A stretch of DNA of 64,000 nt, from positions 12,214,001 to 12,278,000 of the forward strand of contig NC_092672.1 of assembly GCF_964355755.1 (NCBI RefSeq), written 5' to 3'. The translations under genes and the position numbers were made by a program. The notes beneath the pieces are model-generated. The model made no database searches and had not been told where the DNA came from. It saw only the letters and a program-made list of their open reading frames with translations. The stretch comes from Antedon mediterranea (Eukaryota > Animalia > Echinodermata). Below are positions 1-12,700 of the stretch, piece by piece. How positions within the stretch are numbered: the first letter of the stretch is position 1; every line of letters begins with the position of its first letter.

Positions 1-1031
1 ATATACGTACTGTCAGTAAGGCTGAGCTGTAATTAATTACTCATACATCTTGTACCATTGATTCATTAATGTACGTACTGCTGTCAGTAAAGCTGAGCTG
101 TAATTAATTACTCATACATGTTGTACCATTGATTCATTAATGTACGTACTGCTGTCAGTAAGGCTGAGCTGTAATTAATTACTCATACATCTTGTACCAT
201 TGATTCATTAATGTACGTACTGCTGTCAGTAAGGCTGAGCTGTAATTAATTACTCATACATGTTGTACCATTGATTCATTAATGTACGTACTGCTGTCAG
301 TAAGGCTGAGCTGTAATTAATTACTCGTACATCTTGTACCATTGATTCATTAATGTACGTACTGCTGTCAGTAAGGCTGCGCTGTAATTAATTACTCATA
401 CATCTTGTACCATTGATTCATTAATGTACGTACTGCTGTCAGTAAGGCTGAGCTGTAATTAATTACTCATACATCTTGTACCATTGATTCATTAATGTAC
501 GTACTGCTGTCAGTAAGGCTGAGCTGTAATTAATTACTCATACATGTTGTACCATTGATTCATTAATGTACGTACTGCTGTCAGTAAGGCTGCGCTGTAA
601 TTAATTACTCATACATCTTGTACCATTGATTCATTAATGTACGTACTGCTGTCAGTAAGGCTGAGCTGTAATTAATTACTCATACATCTTGTACCATTGA
701 TTCATTAATGTACGTACTGCTGTCAGTAAGGCTGAGCTGTAATTAATTACTCATACATGTTGTACCATTGATTCATTAATGTACGTACTGCTGTCAGTAA
801 GGCTGCGCTGTAATTAATTACTCATACATCTTGTACCATTGATTCATTAATGTACGTACTGCTGTCAGTAAGGCTGAGCTGTAATTAATTACTCATACAT
901 CTTGTACCATTGATTCATTAATGTACGTACTGCTGTCAGTAAGGCTAAGCTGTAATTAATTACTCATACATGTTGTACCATTGATTCATTAATGTACGTA
1001 CTGCTGTCAGTAAGGCTAAGCTGTAATTAAT
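1..1031. repeat. 71-bp tandem minisatellite, ~14.5 copies
   Basis: Unit gtacgtactgctgtcagtaaggctgagctgtaattaattactcatacatcttgtaccattgattcattaat recurs every 71 nt (71, 142, ...) with only point variants and no spacers. Confidence 0.95.
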
Positions 1032-2229
1032 TTCAGTCGCCATTGTTAAACCTTCCCATCATCTTCGTTTTTCATTTCAAGCACAAGATGGCGCACTACG
1101 ACTAATTAGAATAGTTATAATATAAGTAGGCGTCACTTACTTATCCCTCTACGTTCAAATATCTTCTGAACGATTCAGCCCGCAAGAGGGCTCTATATAA
1201 ATTTGATATACCATATGTACTTTATTCAAAATGGGTTTTTTGTCGCATAGCGTCTTTTTGTCGAATTCTTGAAATCTTTTGATATTCTTTAAACGGATAT
1301 TATTGCAACCTATTCAATAAGCTGGTGATAGCGTCGACAAAGAGGTTAAGCAAACAATGTGAAAGTAAATAATACAGTATCATACATACACATAAATTCT
1401 TACATTGTATTTTTATTACTGTAAGTTCCATTCTATATAGGATTTCAGAAATAATCGGTAAATGACATATCTTACTATTATGTTATGTGATATATTTTGT
1501 CGCAATCCGTATTAATAAACAATGAATAAGTGTGAAACCAAACCTGTTATAAGTTCAATCAGTTCATGGCTAAATAAGCAAAACCAGTTAATACTGTCAC
1601 CCATTCCATGTTTGAATCAATTATTGTGACCGCTATTATGATACAGATAGTATATTGACGCTTTTTAAATTATCAAATAAATAATGACATCACACTTTAT
1701 GTGGCATATTTATTTTCAAATCTAACATTATGCACATTTCTCGACAACATTGAATTTATATAACATAATTTTAGAACAACTGTAGATAATGTATGTCCTG
1801 TCATTAAACAAACATTTACATTTTACACAAAAAGAAGGTGATGCACTGTTGTCTAAATCTTCATTAAAAAAATAATAATTTTTATACAAGCTAGCCTTAG
1901 TTGCTTGTTAACATACTATACTATATATTAAACTATTTTACTACAATAAATCTAGTATTATAACATTACACTATGCAGACATGATATTAATTATATAGTA
2001 AATAATAATAATAATAGGATTATGATTAATTTACCGTACCGAATACCATAGGTATATTCTACAAAAAAAAACATTACTGTAATAAGTTTACAGTTAGCGT
2101 GAGTAAAACAAAAACGCGCATTTTAAACAACACATAGAAAAGCGCATCCAATATCATTGCAAGCAATACCACCAAGTGATAAGGAAATGCTTGTTTCAGA
2201 AATATAAAGTGAAGTGTTTTTAAAAAAAA

Positions 2230-2500
2230 TGAAAATGGTATCAGACTTGTTTTAACTAAGAAAATGAAATGGTATCAGACTTCTTTTAACTAAGAAAAAA
2301 ATGAAACAGTATCAGAATTCTTTTAACTAAGAACATGAATAGTATCAGACCTCTTTTAATGAAGAAAGTGAAATGGTATCAGACTTCTTTTAACTAAGAA
2401 AAAAATGAAACAGTATCAGAATTCTTTTAACTAAGAACATGAATAGTATCAGACCTCTTTTAATGAAGAAAGTGAAATGGTATCAGACCTCTTTTAAATA
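2230..2500. repeat. ~34-bp tandem repeat (~8 degenerate copies) downstream of the ROCO gene
   Basis: gaaatggtatcagac(c/t)tcttttaa(c/t)... units. The homologous array at 59920-60600 is longer. Confidence 0.85.
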
Positions 2501-3182
2501 AGATTTTGTATATACATTATTAGTTAAGCCTTTACGCATTCTTAAAAATTGCTTTTTACGCTGACATACAGTATACGAATTTTAAATACCATACCGATAC
2601 TACCCCGTATGTCTGTATCTCATCAAACTTGGCTACAATTATTGAATGAATACTACTAAGTTTAATAGTAAAGGAAATAGTGTTTATTAATAATTTCCAC
2701 CTATAAAGAACAGTATTTATCTGAATCTCGCCAAACTTACAACAATTATCAATGATCTAAGAGTACTTTTAAATGGAAGGACCAAACTGCTATTAACTAT
2801 GTAGGGCAATTATAGAGAAAAAACTTTTCTTTTAGTGGGATATTTTTTTTATGTAAGAGTAATACTGTAATAGTTATTGAATAATATTTCCTTGGCTTTT
2901 ATAACAGTTTTTTTTGCATTTGGTGGAAATTTAAATCAATTAATATAACTGGCTTCAAAGATCTATCTACATTATTAAACTTCATGCGTCAGCAAATTTG
3001 ATGTACCCATATATGGACATGATGATGTGATATCACTACCATATCTGGGCTTATTACATGTTTTTGGTCAAAATGCTGTGATAGTGTAGACGGAGCTTTA
3101 TATTGTTTACATTTAAAGATTGGAACCCAAACACTTGATTGACTTACCGACATTGAGTTTGGTAATATACTCGGCATCAATG

Positions 3183-3712
3183 CTAAGCATTGTATTCTAA
3201 CTTTTTAGCAGGAACAGTCATGTTATTCTGATTTAAAAATGCAATAAATGATTGCAAGTTATCCTCCTTTAGAATCCCCCTTTGTTCAAGATCTAATATC
3301 ACAGTCCATTGGTTGTTACTTTGTTTTTTTAGAACACTTTTCAAACGGATGAGATCTCTTGTATTTTCTTTCGAAAGTGCGTCACCAAACTGAATTAGGT
3401 GTTGTCGATATGTTGAGAAGGAGGTGATAAACTGGTTGGTTTTATCAAATTTCTCCTTTAAGAGTTTGTTGACCTCCAGAACACCATTTGTACCAGTGAC
3501 ATTAATTGCGTCAACAATAACTTTAACGTTTGTACTGGTAAGATGGCCAGATCGTTTCAATAGGTTGAAGAAACGTATGCAGTCAGCATCCTGCAAATCA
3601 TTGTAAGGTGTTATCAGATCTTTGCATAACACCTTCAGTTTATCAATTGAGCCATGTTCATCATACCAGCTCGATATGTTTACCACGATTTTTTCAAACT
3701 CTTCGGATGATC
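3183..3712 (-). CDS. Terminal exon encoding a tandem death-effector-domain (DED-DED)-like module
   Basis: Acceptor ttttacag|GA. Second half FSTYRQHLIQFGDALSKEN...LDLEQRGILKEDNL resembles the caspase-8/cFLIP DED2 pattern (SxYR..L..I.E.....LD....E....L...L). First half FEKIV..IS....IDKLKVLCKDLI...FFNLLKRSG.L resembles DED1. Judged by eye, no HMM run. Confidence 0.75.
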
Positions 3713-6700
3713 CTGTAAAAAAGAAAACCGAAAACAATTACATTTAGTAGGCCTGTTAAGTGACCCAATCCTTCAAATTGTGATAACATTCTGAGACTTT
3801 GCACAGTTATTCATTTTGGTGTCAAAAATATGAAATGGAAGGGTTGCACAAAATTTGGTCAGGGGAAAGCCGCCATTTTGGATTTCAAAATGGCGGACCC
3901 AAATTGTTCACTTTTCAGGTATATCTCTGCTAAATAGGCACCTAGAGTTCTGAATTTAGGTGCAAATTATATGGTAATGGGGTCACCAAACATATTGGTA
4001 TAACTAACATTTTAATTGCATGGCGGCCATTTTGGATTTCAAAATGGCGGACTTCAAATTTTCACTTTTTAGGTATATCTCTGCTAAAAAGGCTCCTAGA
4101 GTTCTGATTTTAGGTGCAAATTATATGGTAGTGGGGTAACCAAACATACTGGTATAACTAACATTTTGATTCCATGGCGGCCATGTTGGATTTCAAAATG
4201 GCGGATTTCAAATTTTTATTTTTCAGGTATATCTCTGCTAAAAAGGCACCTAGTGTTCTGATTTTAGGTGCAAATTATATGTTAATGGGGTCACCAAACA
4301 TATTGGTATAACTAACATTTTGATTGCATGGCGGCCATTTTGAATTTCATAATGGCGGACTTAAATTTTCACTTTTCAGGTATCTCTGCTAAAAAGGTAC
4401 ACAGAGTTCTGATTTTAGGTGCCAATTATATGGCACCTAAACATATTGGTATTTAACTGACAATTTTATTGCATGGCGGCCATTTTGAATTTCAAAATGG
4501 CGAACTCAAAATGTTTCAGTACGGTACCTACAGTTATAATTTTAGGTACAAAGTATAATATAGTTTTGAGGTCAACAAACATATTAGTATAACGTCTTTG
4601 ATTGCATGGCGGCCATTTTGAATGTAGCTCAACCCGTACTGGCTTTACACTATTTGTTTATGTTCATAATTACATGCATTTAACACGGACACTTATTGTA
4701 GGTCACAATTTCCCTGGCAACCACACAGCTCTGTACATCGTAAATCACTCTTTCTGCATTTACAGCATCCAAGATCACAGTCGGTGTGTCCACAGCGAAT
4801 TAAAACCTTTGTGACATCTGAAAGTTCCGGCAATGAACTCCAAGCTGGACTAAATTTGTTGCCGTCCTTTCTCGATCCCCAGTTCGCTGGGTCCTGCTCA
4901 ACCCTGAATGCATCTAGACAGTCGTACCACTTCCTGGCTTCCGTTTCACATGTTCTCTTAATGCCGCAGATGTTGGGGGATATTTTCAATAGTCTTTCTC
5001 TTGTTGTAAAAAGATATCGTCTTGCATCATAATGTTCTGCAGTAGACATAGTTACAACAAACTGTTCTAGATAATCTGTGTCTGTTTCACTAACATGCCC
5101 TACAGGCAATGACATCCTCTCAAAAACTGGAGTCATACATGGCATCTTTTTCAAGGTCTCGTTAAATGTAGCTTTACCTTTTCCTTAAACAGATGAAGTT
5201 CTATCACAACCGCTAATGGTATGAAAGAACAAGTAAGCGGCTGATGCATGTGATCCAAGAGAAGAAGCAATCTCGTGTATTGTGCTTTGTGCTTTCCCAC
5301 TCCAAACTCGATCCGAAGCTCGTGGATGCCAGGTATTCTGTGGAAAGCTGACAACAACATCACTGTGTACAGTCTTGACAATGCGTGGACAATTTCAGCG
5401 GGAAGTTTAACGTAAACAAACATACGTTCATCTGCCTCTTCTATGTTACATGGCATTAGCCATTGTATATTTACTGGTTTGTTACAGCTCTGTCTCCCAC
5501 AGACCCTACAAACATTCCGTGATTTGTGCCAATGTTCTCTACTACTTCAGTTACAATAAATGAAAACAACTCTGGTTTGTTGTCATCAAATCTAAAAAAT
5601 GTCGTCCAATTGTTGGGCATGCTCCCGCACGACCCTCCTCCTTACACCAGAGACTCGGTTTGAACGCGTACCAGACTTTAAACTGTCGTTAAAATAAAAA
5701 AACAAATCTAGTCGTGTCACTGATCGAAGTTGATGGTTGTATGACACTTGATATATACTCAACTCAATGAATGTCTTCGAATCATTTCGCCTGAGCATAT
5801 TGATTATTGCTGGTCCATCTAACACCTTGGCAGCAACTAATGGTGCTTCATTTTGTCATACAACCATATATAGACCATCAACTTCAATCAGTGAGGTGAC
5901 CAGATTCTGTTTTCGATAGATACTTTAACGACGGTTTAAAGTCTAGTACGCGTTCAAACCGCGGCTCTGGTGTAAGGAGGGGCGTCAAAGCCAGTGGGAG
6001 CATGCCCAACAATTGGACCACATATTCGAGATATGATGACAACAAATCAGAGTTGTTTCATTAATTGTAACTGAAGTAGTAGAGAACATTGACACAAATC
6101 ACGGAATGTTTGTAGGGTCTGAGAGAGACAGAGCTGTAGCAAACCTGTCTGTAAATATACAACCGCTGATGCCATGTAACATAGAAGAGGCAGATGAACG
6201 TATGTTTTTTCATGTTAAACATGCCGCTAAAATTTTTCCGCGCATTCTTGTCAAGACTGTAGACAGTGATGTTGTTGTTATTTCATTGTCAACTTTCCAC
6301 AGAATACCTGGCATCCACAAGATCGAGTTTGGAGTGGGGAAGCACTTGAAGTATATCTCAATACACAAGATTACTTCTCTTTGATCACAAGCATCAGCCG
6401 CTTACTTGTTCTTTCATTCCTTTAGCAGTTGTGATACAACTTCATCTGTTCAAAGAAAAAAATTTGAGACGATGTCATTGTCTGTAGGGGATGTTAGTGA
6501 CAGATTATCTAGAACAGTTTGTTTTAACTATGTAGAAAGAAGGTAAATGATGCAAGACGATATCTTTTTACTACAGACTGTTGAAAATATCCCCCCAACA
6601 TCTGCGGCATTAAGAGAACATCTGAAACGGTCTGTTCTACAAGCCAGAAAGTGGTAAAACTGTCTAGATGCATTCAGGGTTGAACAGGACCCAGCAAACT

Positions 6701-9700
6701 GGGGATGGAAGAAGGACGGCAACAAATTTAGTCCAGTTTGGAGTTCATTGCCGGAACATTCATATTTCACAAATTAGGTTTTAATTCGCTGTGACACACC
6801 GACTGTGATCTTGGACGCTGTAAATGCAGAAAGAGTGATTTATTTATTTATTTATTTATTTCGTTTTCTTTTGGTAGGGTAGCCCTCTCAGTAATAAAAT
6901 AAAATTGCTCTTCCGAGGGGCCCTACGGCACATTTAAACAAAATTTGAAAACAACTTAAACTAAACTTAAACTAAAACTTAAACTAAAACTAAACTTCAA
7001 TGCATGTTTTCATTATTATTATACTTTTATACCATATTTAAATATATTTCACTGGAACCATCCTAGACCACCGGCAACAATAAATGAATCTTAACAAGTG
7101 ATTTAAAACGGTTATAATTGTTTTGTTTTCTTAATTCATAAGGTAGGCCATTCCAGAGTGAACTTCCATAATAAACAAAACTACGTTTGTATATTTCGAG
7201 GTTACATCTGGGCAAATACAACAGATTATTTTCATAGTTTCTGGTTTGAATATTGTGTACACTACTAATATATTGCAAAACATTACATAAGTATGAAGGT
7301 ACAGATTCTTGTAAACATCTAAATATTGTACAAATTGTATGATATTCAATTCTTGTCTTAATTGTTAGCCAACCTAAATCATAATGCATTTGTCTAACAG
7401 GAGTTCGAATATCAGCACCTAGTATTAATCGTGCAGCTCTATTTTGTACCCTTTGCAATTTTAAAATATGGGCGTTTGAACCAGTACCCCAGACTGTTGA
7501 ACAATAGTCAATATGTGATAAAAATAGAGCATTGTATAATCTTTTAATAATTTTAGGAGATGTAAAACTTTTCAATCTATAAAATAGATGTAGAATTTTT
7601 GATAGTTTTGCACATATAGAATCAATATGTACTTTCCATGAGAGTTGTTCATCAAATGTAAGTCCCAAATATTTAAACGTTTCAACTTTCTCAATCGGAA
7701 TGTTATCAAAAATTACTGTTTCATCTGTTGTTTTATTAACACGTGCATGAGTACCAAAAAGCATGTATTTGGTTTTATCAATGTTTAGAGTTAATTTATG
7801 TTTATCTAACCATTGTTTTACATTTTCCAACTGTTCAGTTAAAACTGTTGTAAGCTCTTCATTTGATTTACATGCATAAAAAAGCGCAGTGTCGTCTGCA
7901 TTAGAGGACTGTTTTACAAATCCCATCAACACTATCATGTAAGTCATTTATGTATAAAATAAACAACAAAGGGCCAAGAATTGAGCCTTGTGGTACCCCA
8001 TAGTTGACATTTAAAATTTCAGATTTTTTTCCATTAAAATTAACAAATTGTTTGCGATTTTTTAAATAATTACTGAACCATGCAAGCTCAGTGCTTATCA
8101 TTCCAAAGGTGCATAATTTACGTAATAAAATATCGTGGTCTACCGTATCAAACGCCTTTTTTAGGTCAAGAAAAATTGCTCCAGTTACCAAGGCATTATC
8201 AATATTTTTATATATATAATTGCATACATCTATCAGTGTAGTAGAAGTTGAATGTAACGACCTAAAACCAGATTGATTTTTACATAATAAATTAAACTCA
8301 TTTATATGATTCATAACTTGATTATGGATGCATCTTTCAAAAACTTTCATAACAATAGGTATAACAGATATTGGACGGTAGTTGTTAAGTTCATGTTTAC
8401 ATCCTCCTTTATAAAGTGGAGTAACCTTAGCACATTTCCATTCACTTGGAATAACACCAGATCTTAATGACCAGTTAAACAAAAAGGCAAGACTTTGAGA
8501 AATTTGTGAAGATGCAATTTTAAGTAACCTAGCGGAAATCCCATCAATTCCAGTAGCTTTTCCAATTTCTAACTTTTCCAACAAAGCTTCAATTTCATTT
8601 CCATTAATATCTTTAAAGTTGAAACGTTGTTGAAATTGTGATAATGATTCAACGGTAATATCGTTTTGGTTGTCATTAAAATGGGATGCAAGTTCATTAG
8701 AAATTGAACAAAAATATTTATTAAAATGATTAGCAATATCAGTTGGATTGTTTATTTCATTACCGTTTACATTGAGAGTTGTTTTAGTTTGTTTCTTTTT
8801 ATTGGGTAAAAAGTCTTTCATGGTTTTCCATAATGTTTTAGTGTCATTAACATTATCTTTTAATTTATTATTTATATAGTCGCGTTTTAGTGATTTAGAC
8901 AAATTATTTAATTTATTTCTTGCCTTTTTGTAAGAATTCCAATCATCTATGTTCTTAGTTTTTTCGGCTTTTTGTTTTAAATAATCACGGTCACGAGAAA
9001 GGGAAACAAATTCGTCTGTAAGCCATGGAATATCAGTTCCCTTCCTCCTAACCGTCACCATAGGAGCATGAATATCACAAATATCAGTAAAAATGTGTTT
9101 CCAAATGTCCCAAGCCTCGTCAGCATCCTCGGACGCCTCACAAATACTCCACGGAGCAGATGCAAGATCAGAAATAAACAAATCTTCGTTAAATTTCCGG
9201 AAGGTTCTCGTATGTAAAATACGCGGGGAAATTTTATTTTAATTTTTTTACGTATTGCATATATCAATGAGTGATCGCTAATTCCAATTGGTACAACTCC
9301 AGTTTTGCTTATAAAGTCATCCCTATTTAAAAAAATTAAATCAATACAACTACTACTGTTTTCCGTTACGCGCGTTGGAGTTTTAATATACTGGTTTAAT
9401 TGGAAAATTTGGTGGAGGGTTTTAATGTTCCGAGAATGCTGTTTATCAAATATATTCCAATTTAAGTCACCAACAACAATAATCTCTCTTATACTATCTA
9501 GTATAAAAGATATTTGATCATGCATTATATCAACAAATCCAGTACACGAATTTGGTGGTCTATAAACATTACCGATGACGAACGGTTTAGTGTTAACCGG
9601 CTTAATTTTTATCCATACCGATTCAATTGTATTTTCACCAAAGTCAATGACATCAAAATCAACATTTTCGTTTACATAGATAGCCACCCCACCTCCGTGT

Positions 9701-12700
9701 CTATTCCTGTCTGTTCTAACTAATAGGTATCCTGGGATTGCAAGTTCACTATTATGTATATTTTGATCTAGCCAGGTTTCACTAATTCCTAAAACATGGA
9801 AACGGCATTCCGAAAGTAAACTCCGAACATGGTCCACCTTATTATAGAGACTTCTGAGATTTAAATGACCAATTTCAAAACCCTTTGTACAATCAATCTC
9901 GCATAATTTGCATAGTATGCCAAAAGCAGGATAAACAATAGAGTCGTTACGTAATTCAGCGTCGTCTACGTCGTTGTCTAAAAGGCTTCCCGTACGATGT
10001 TCGTTTAACAATTGAATTGGTTTAAATGGTTTATTACATGCGTTACAAATAAAATCTAAAATCATCTTATCTACATAAAATACAATACAGATTTAGGACA
10101 TTACAAATTCTTACACATTACCTTTTACATTTAGGTAATTGTTTAAGATCGGAAGTTCTGGATAAAACAACTTTCTCGTTACTGCCAGTGATTATGGTAT
10201 GTATGCGACCATCTTGTGTCCAAACTGCAGATACCACTGATGCATAGTTTTGCTTTACAGTACGTAGTAAACTTGATCTTTTGCTCGTAAGGTTTTCATG
10301 AATGTAGATATGGCTCCCCTTTAATTTTTTCTTTGCTCTATATACTTCATTTCTAACATTATACGAACTAAACTTTACTATTATTCCTCTTGCTCTTCCG
10401 TTTTTCTTAACTTTTGGCCCCAATCTATGACTCCTGTCTATGCATGTTTTATCTACTTCTACGCTTAGCTTTTTCTTAAACAAATCCAAAACTATATTGT
10501 CTGTTATCTCACCTTGTTTCTCTTCTATTCCTTGAATAATCAAACAGTTCCTTCTTGAATATTGTTCTGCTTCATCTAGCTCATATTGTAAGTTATCTAC
10601 CTGTTGTTCTACTTTGCTGAGACGATCTTTAGTATCGTCAAGTTCGAAACGTATTGCTTCAATTGCTGCATCCGTTACAATTTGTGTAATGCTTTCAATC
10701 AGCTGGTGTTTAACAATGCTCACAATTTCCTCGGCTAGGTCATTGAAAATACTCGTATTTCCTTTAATTATATTGGAAATTTCATTTTGTACAGTAATAG
10801 TAAGCGGTTCCACATCAATGACAGGTGCTGTATCAGTGTTCAGTTCGCAACACTCCTTACCACTGTCCTTTTTACCACCTTTCCTTGTATTCTTTCCGGC
10901 CATGATGGTGTATTAATACGTACATGTACAGCAGACAAAAACCGACAAGTAAATGCTAGGCTACAGGAGTGCCCTAACACAACAACTGTCCTGCGGGAAA
11001 TTTGAACTGTCACCGCGTAGTGAGGCTGAATGTAGTGAGGCTAGAGAGAGAGCGATTTAGGACACGTCTGCTCTTAACGACGACTACACTACACTTTTAT
11101 GATGTACAGAGCTGTGTGGTTACCAGGTTTGAGCTACATTCAAAATGGCCGTCGTGCAATCAAAGACGTTATACCAATATGTTTGTTGACCTCAATACCA
11201 TATTATACTTTGTACCTAAAATTATAACTGTAGGTACCGTACTGAAACATTTTGAGCTTGCCATTTTGAAATTCACAATGGCCGCCATGCAATCAAAATG
11301 TTAGTTAAATACCAATATATTTGATGACCCATTACCATATAATTTGCACCTAAAATCAGAGCACTGTGTACCTTTTTAGCAGAGATATACCTGAAAAGTG
11401 AACATTTGGGGTCCGCCATTTTGAAATCCATCATGGCCGCCATGCAATCAAAATTTTAGTTATACCAATATGTTTGTTGACCCCATTACCATAATTATAA
11501 TTTGCACCTAAAATCAGAATTCTAGGTGCCTTTTTAGCAGAGATATACATGAAAAGTGAAAATTTGAAGTCCACCATTTTGAAATCCAACATGGCCGCCA
11601 TGCAATCAAATGTTAATTATACCAATATGTTTGGTGACCCCACTACCATATAATTTGCATTTAAAATCAGAACTCTAGGTGCCTCTTTAGCAGAGATATA
11701 CCTGACAATTGAAAATTTGAGGTCCGCCATTTTGAAATACAAAATGGCGGCTTTACCCTGACCAAATTTTGTGCAACCCTTCCATTTCATATTTTTGACA
11801 CTCTAATGAATAACTGTGCAAAGTTTCAAAATGTTATCACAATTTGAAGGATTTGCCTAAAATTTGCACCTTAACATGCCTACTAATTCAGATTTTCAAG
11901 TTAAAAATTGTAATAAAAATATTGCGCAATATGATGAATACTATCAATTTGAATACATGCATTATTTGGTACACAGTGTATATCGTTTGAACACCATGGA
12001 CATAAACACATTCAATTCACTAGTATCATTCCTATTGTGGTGCGTTGGTATATTAGTTACCTGTATAAATTGGTGATGGCTCCACACTACTTCTGCCTGG
12101 AAATGAAATGATAATAAATGATGTTATATTTTAATATCTTCAAAAGTTGTGTAGATATACTTTATTATCATTACATAAATATTCACGTACATTTGTCACT
12201 GAAAGATATCATTGTTATTTATTTGTAGGTTAAATATGTATATAAGTAAATTACTTATATACTTATAAATATAGTTAGTTGTCATAAAATACATATTTAT
12301 TTTGTCATTAAACACAATATTGATGAATGTGTAATCCCACCTTCCAAAAATAAGCGCTTTAAGCGATCAGTTTTCATCGACTTCTCACCACATGGAACAG
12401 TGCTGTTGTCTTCTTTTAAACACTCTTCCAGATCGTGTAAATGAATGTGCTCTGGATAACAGGCGATACACAACACACGTAGGTTGTAACCAATTCCTTC
12501 ATTAGTTTTCAGCACAGTCTTTAGTTGAAGCTGTAAATAGCTTAGTATCTAAAACAAAAAATACATAATAAATATATTTGAATGAAACGTTTCTTATAAC
12601 TGCATTCAGATAAGCTATTACATTACAATATTAGAATCGTTACCTCAATGCATAAGCTCGGTTTTAGTTCAAATATTTCCTCTGTGTTATTTTCGTCAAC

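Larger units (their letters stand above)
6839..11095 (-). mobile_element. Full-length non-LTR retrotransposon, L2/CR1 group (Crack/Daphne-like), nested in the Academ element
   Basis: ORF1 plus APE-RT ORF2. (AAAT)n 3' tail at ~6839-6861. The Academ arm reads gagtgattta|LINE|tgatgtacag, matching the uninterrupted left arm. Confidence 0.9.
3745..11885. mobile_element. Academ-type DNA transposon, defective foldback derivative, in the last intron
   Basis: Termini TAGTAGGC...GCCTACTA with 3-bp TSD ATT (3742-3744, 11886-11888). The paralogue at ~61905-61920 shows the empty site (caattacATTcagatttt). Long TIRs carry ~120-bp subrepeats. Internal fragments encode EEADERMFFHVKHA...VKTVDSDVVV (XPG/PIN-like) and a Cys-rich C-terminus (CGHTDCDLGCCKCRKSDLRCTELCGCQGNC), which fit the Academ XPG + Cys8 protein. 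Confidence 0.85.

Noticed and set aside
1-1031. Possible CRISPR array
   Set aside because: Contiguous 71-bp units with no unique spacers, no cas genes, and a eukaryotic context.
2989-3180. 63-aa ORF conserved in the paralogue (61154-61348)
   Set aside because: Lies just after the stop codon in the presumptive 3' UTR. Conservation is explained by the recent duplication, and there is no recognisable domain.
7063-10065. Reverse transcriptase as part of a diversity-generating retroelement acting on the ANK repeats
   Set aside because: It is an ordinary APE-type LINE RT absent from the paralogue. ANK variation is not restricted to adenines, and no template/variable repeat pair is evident.
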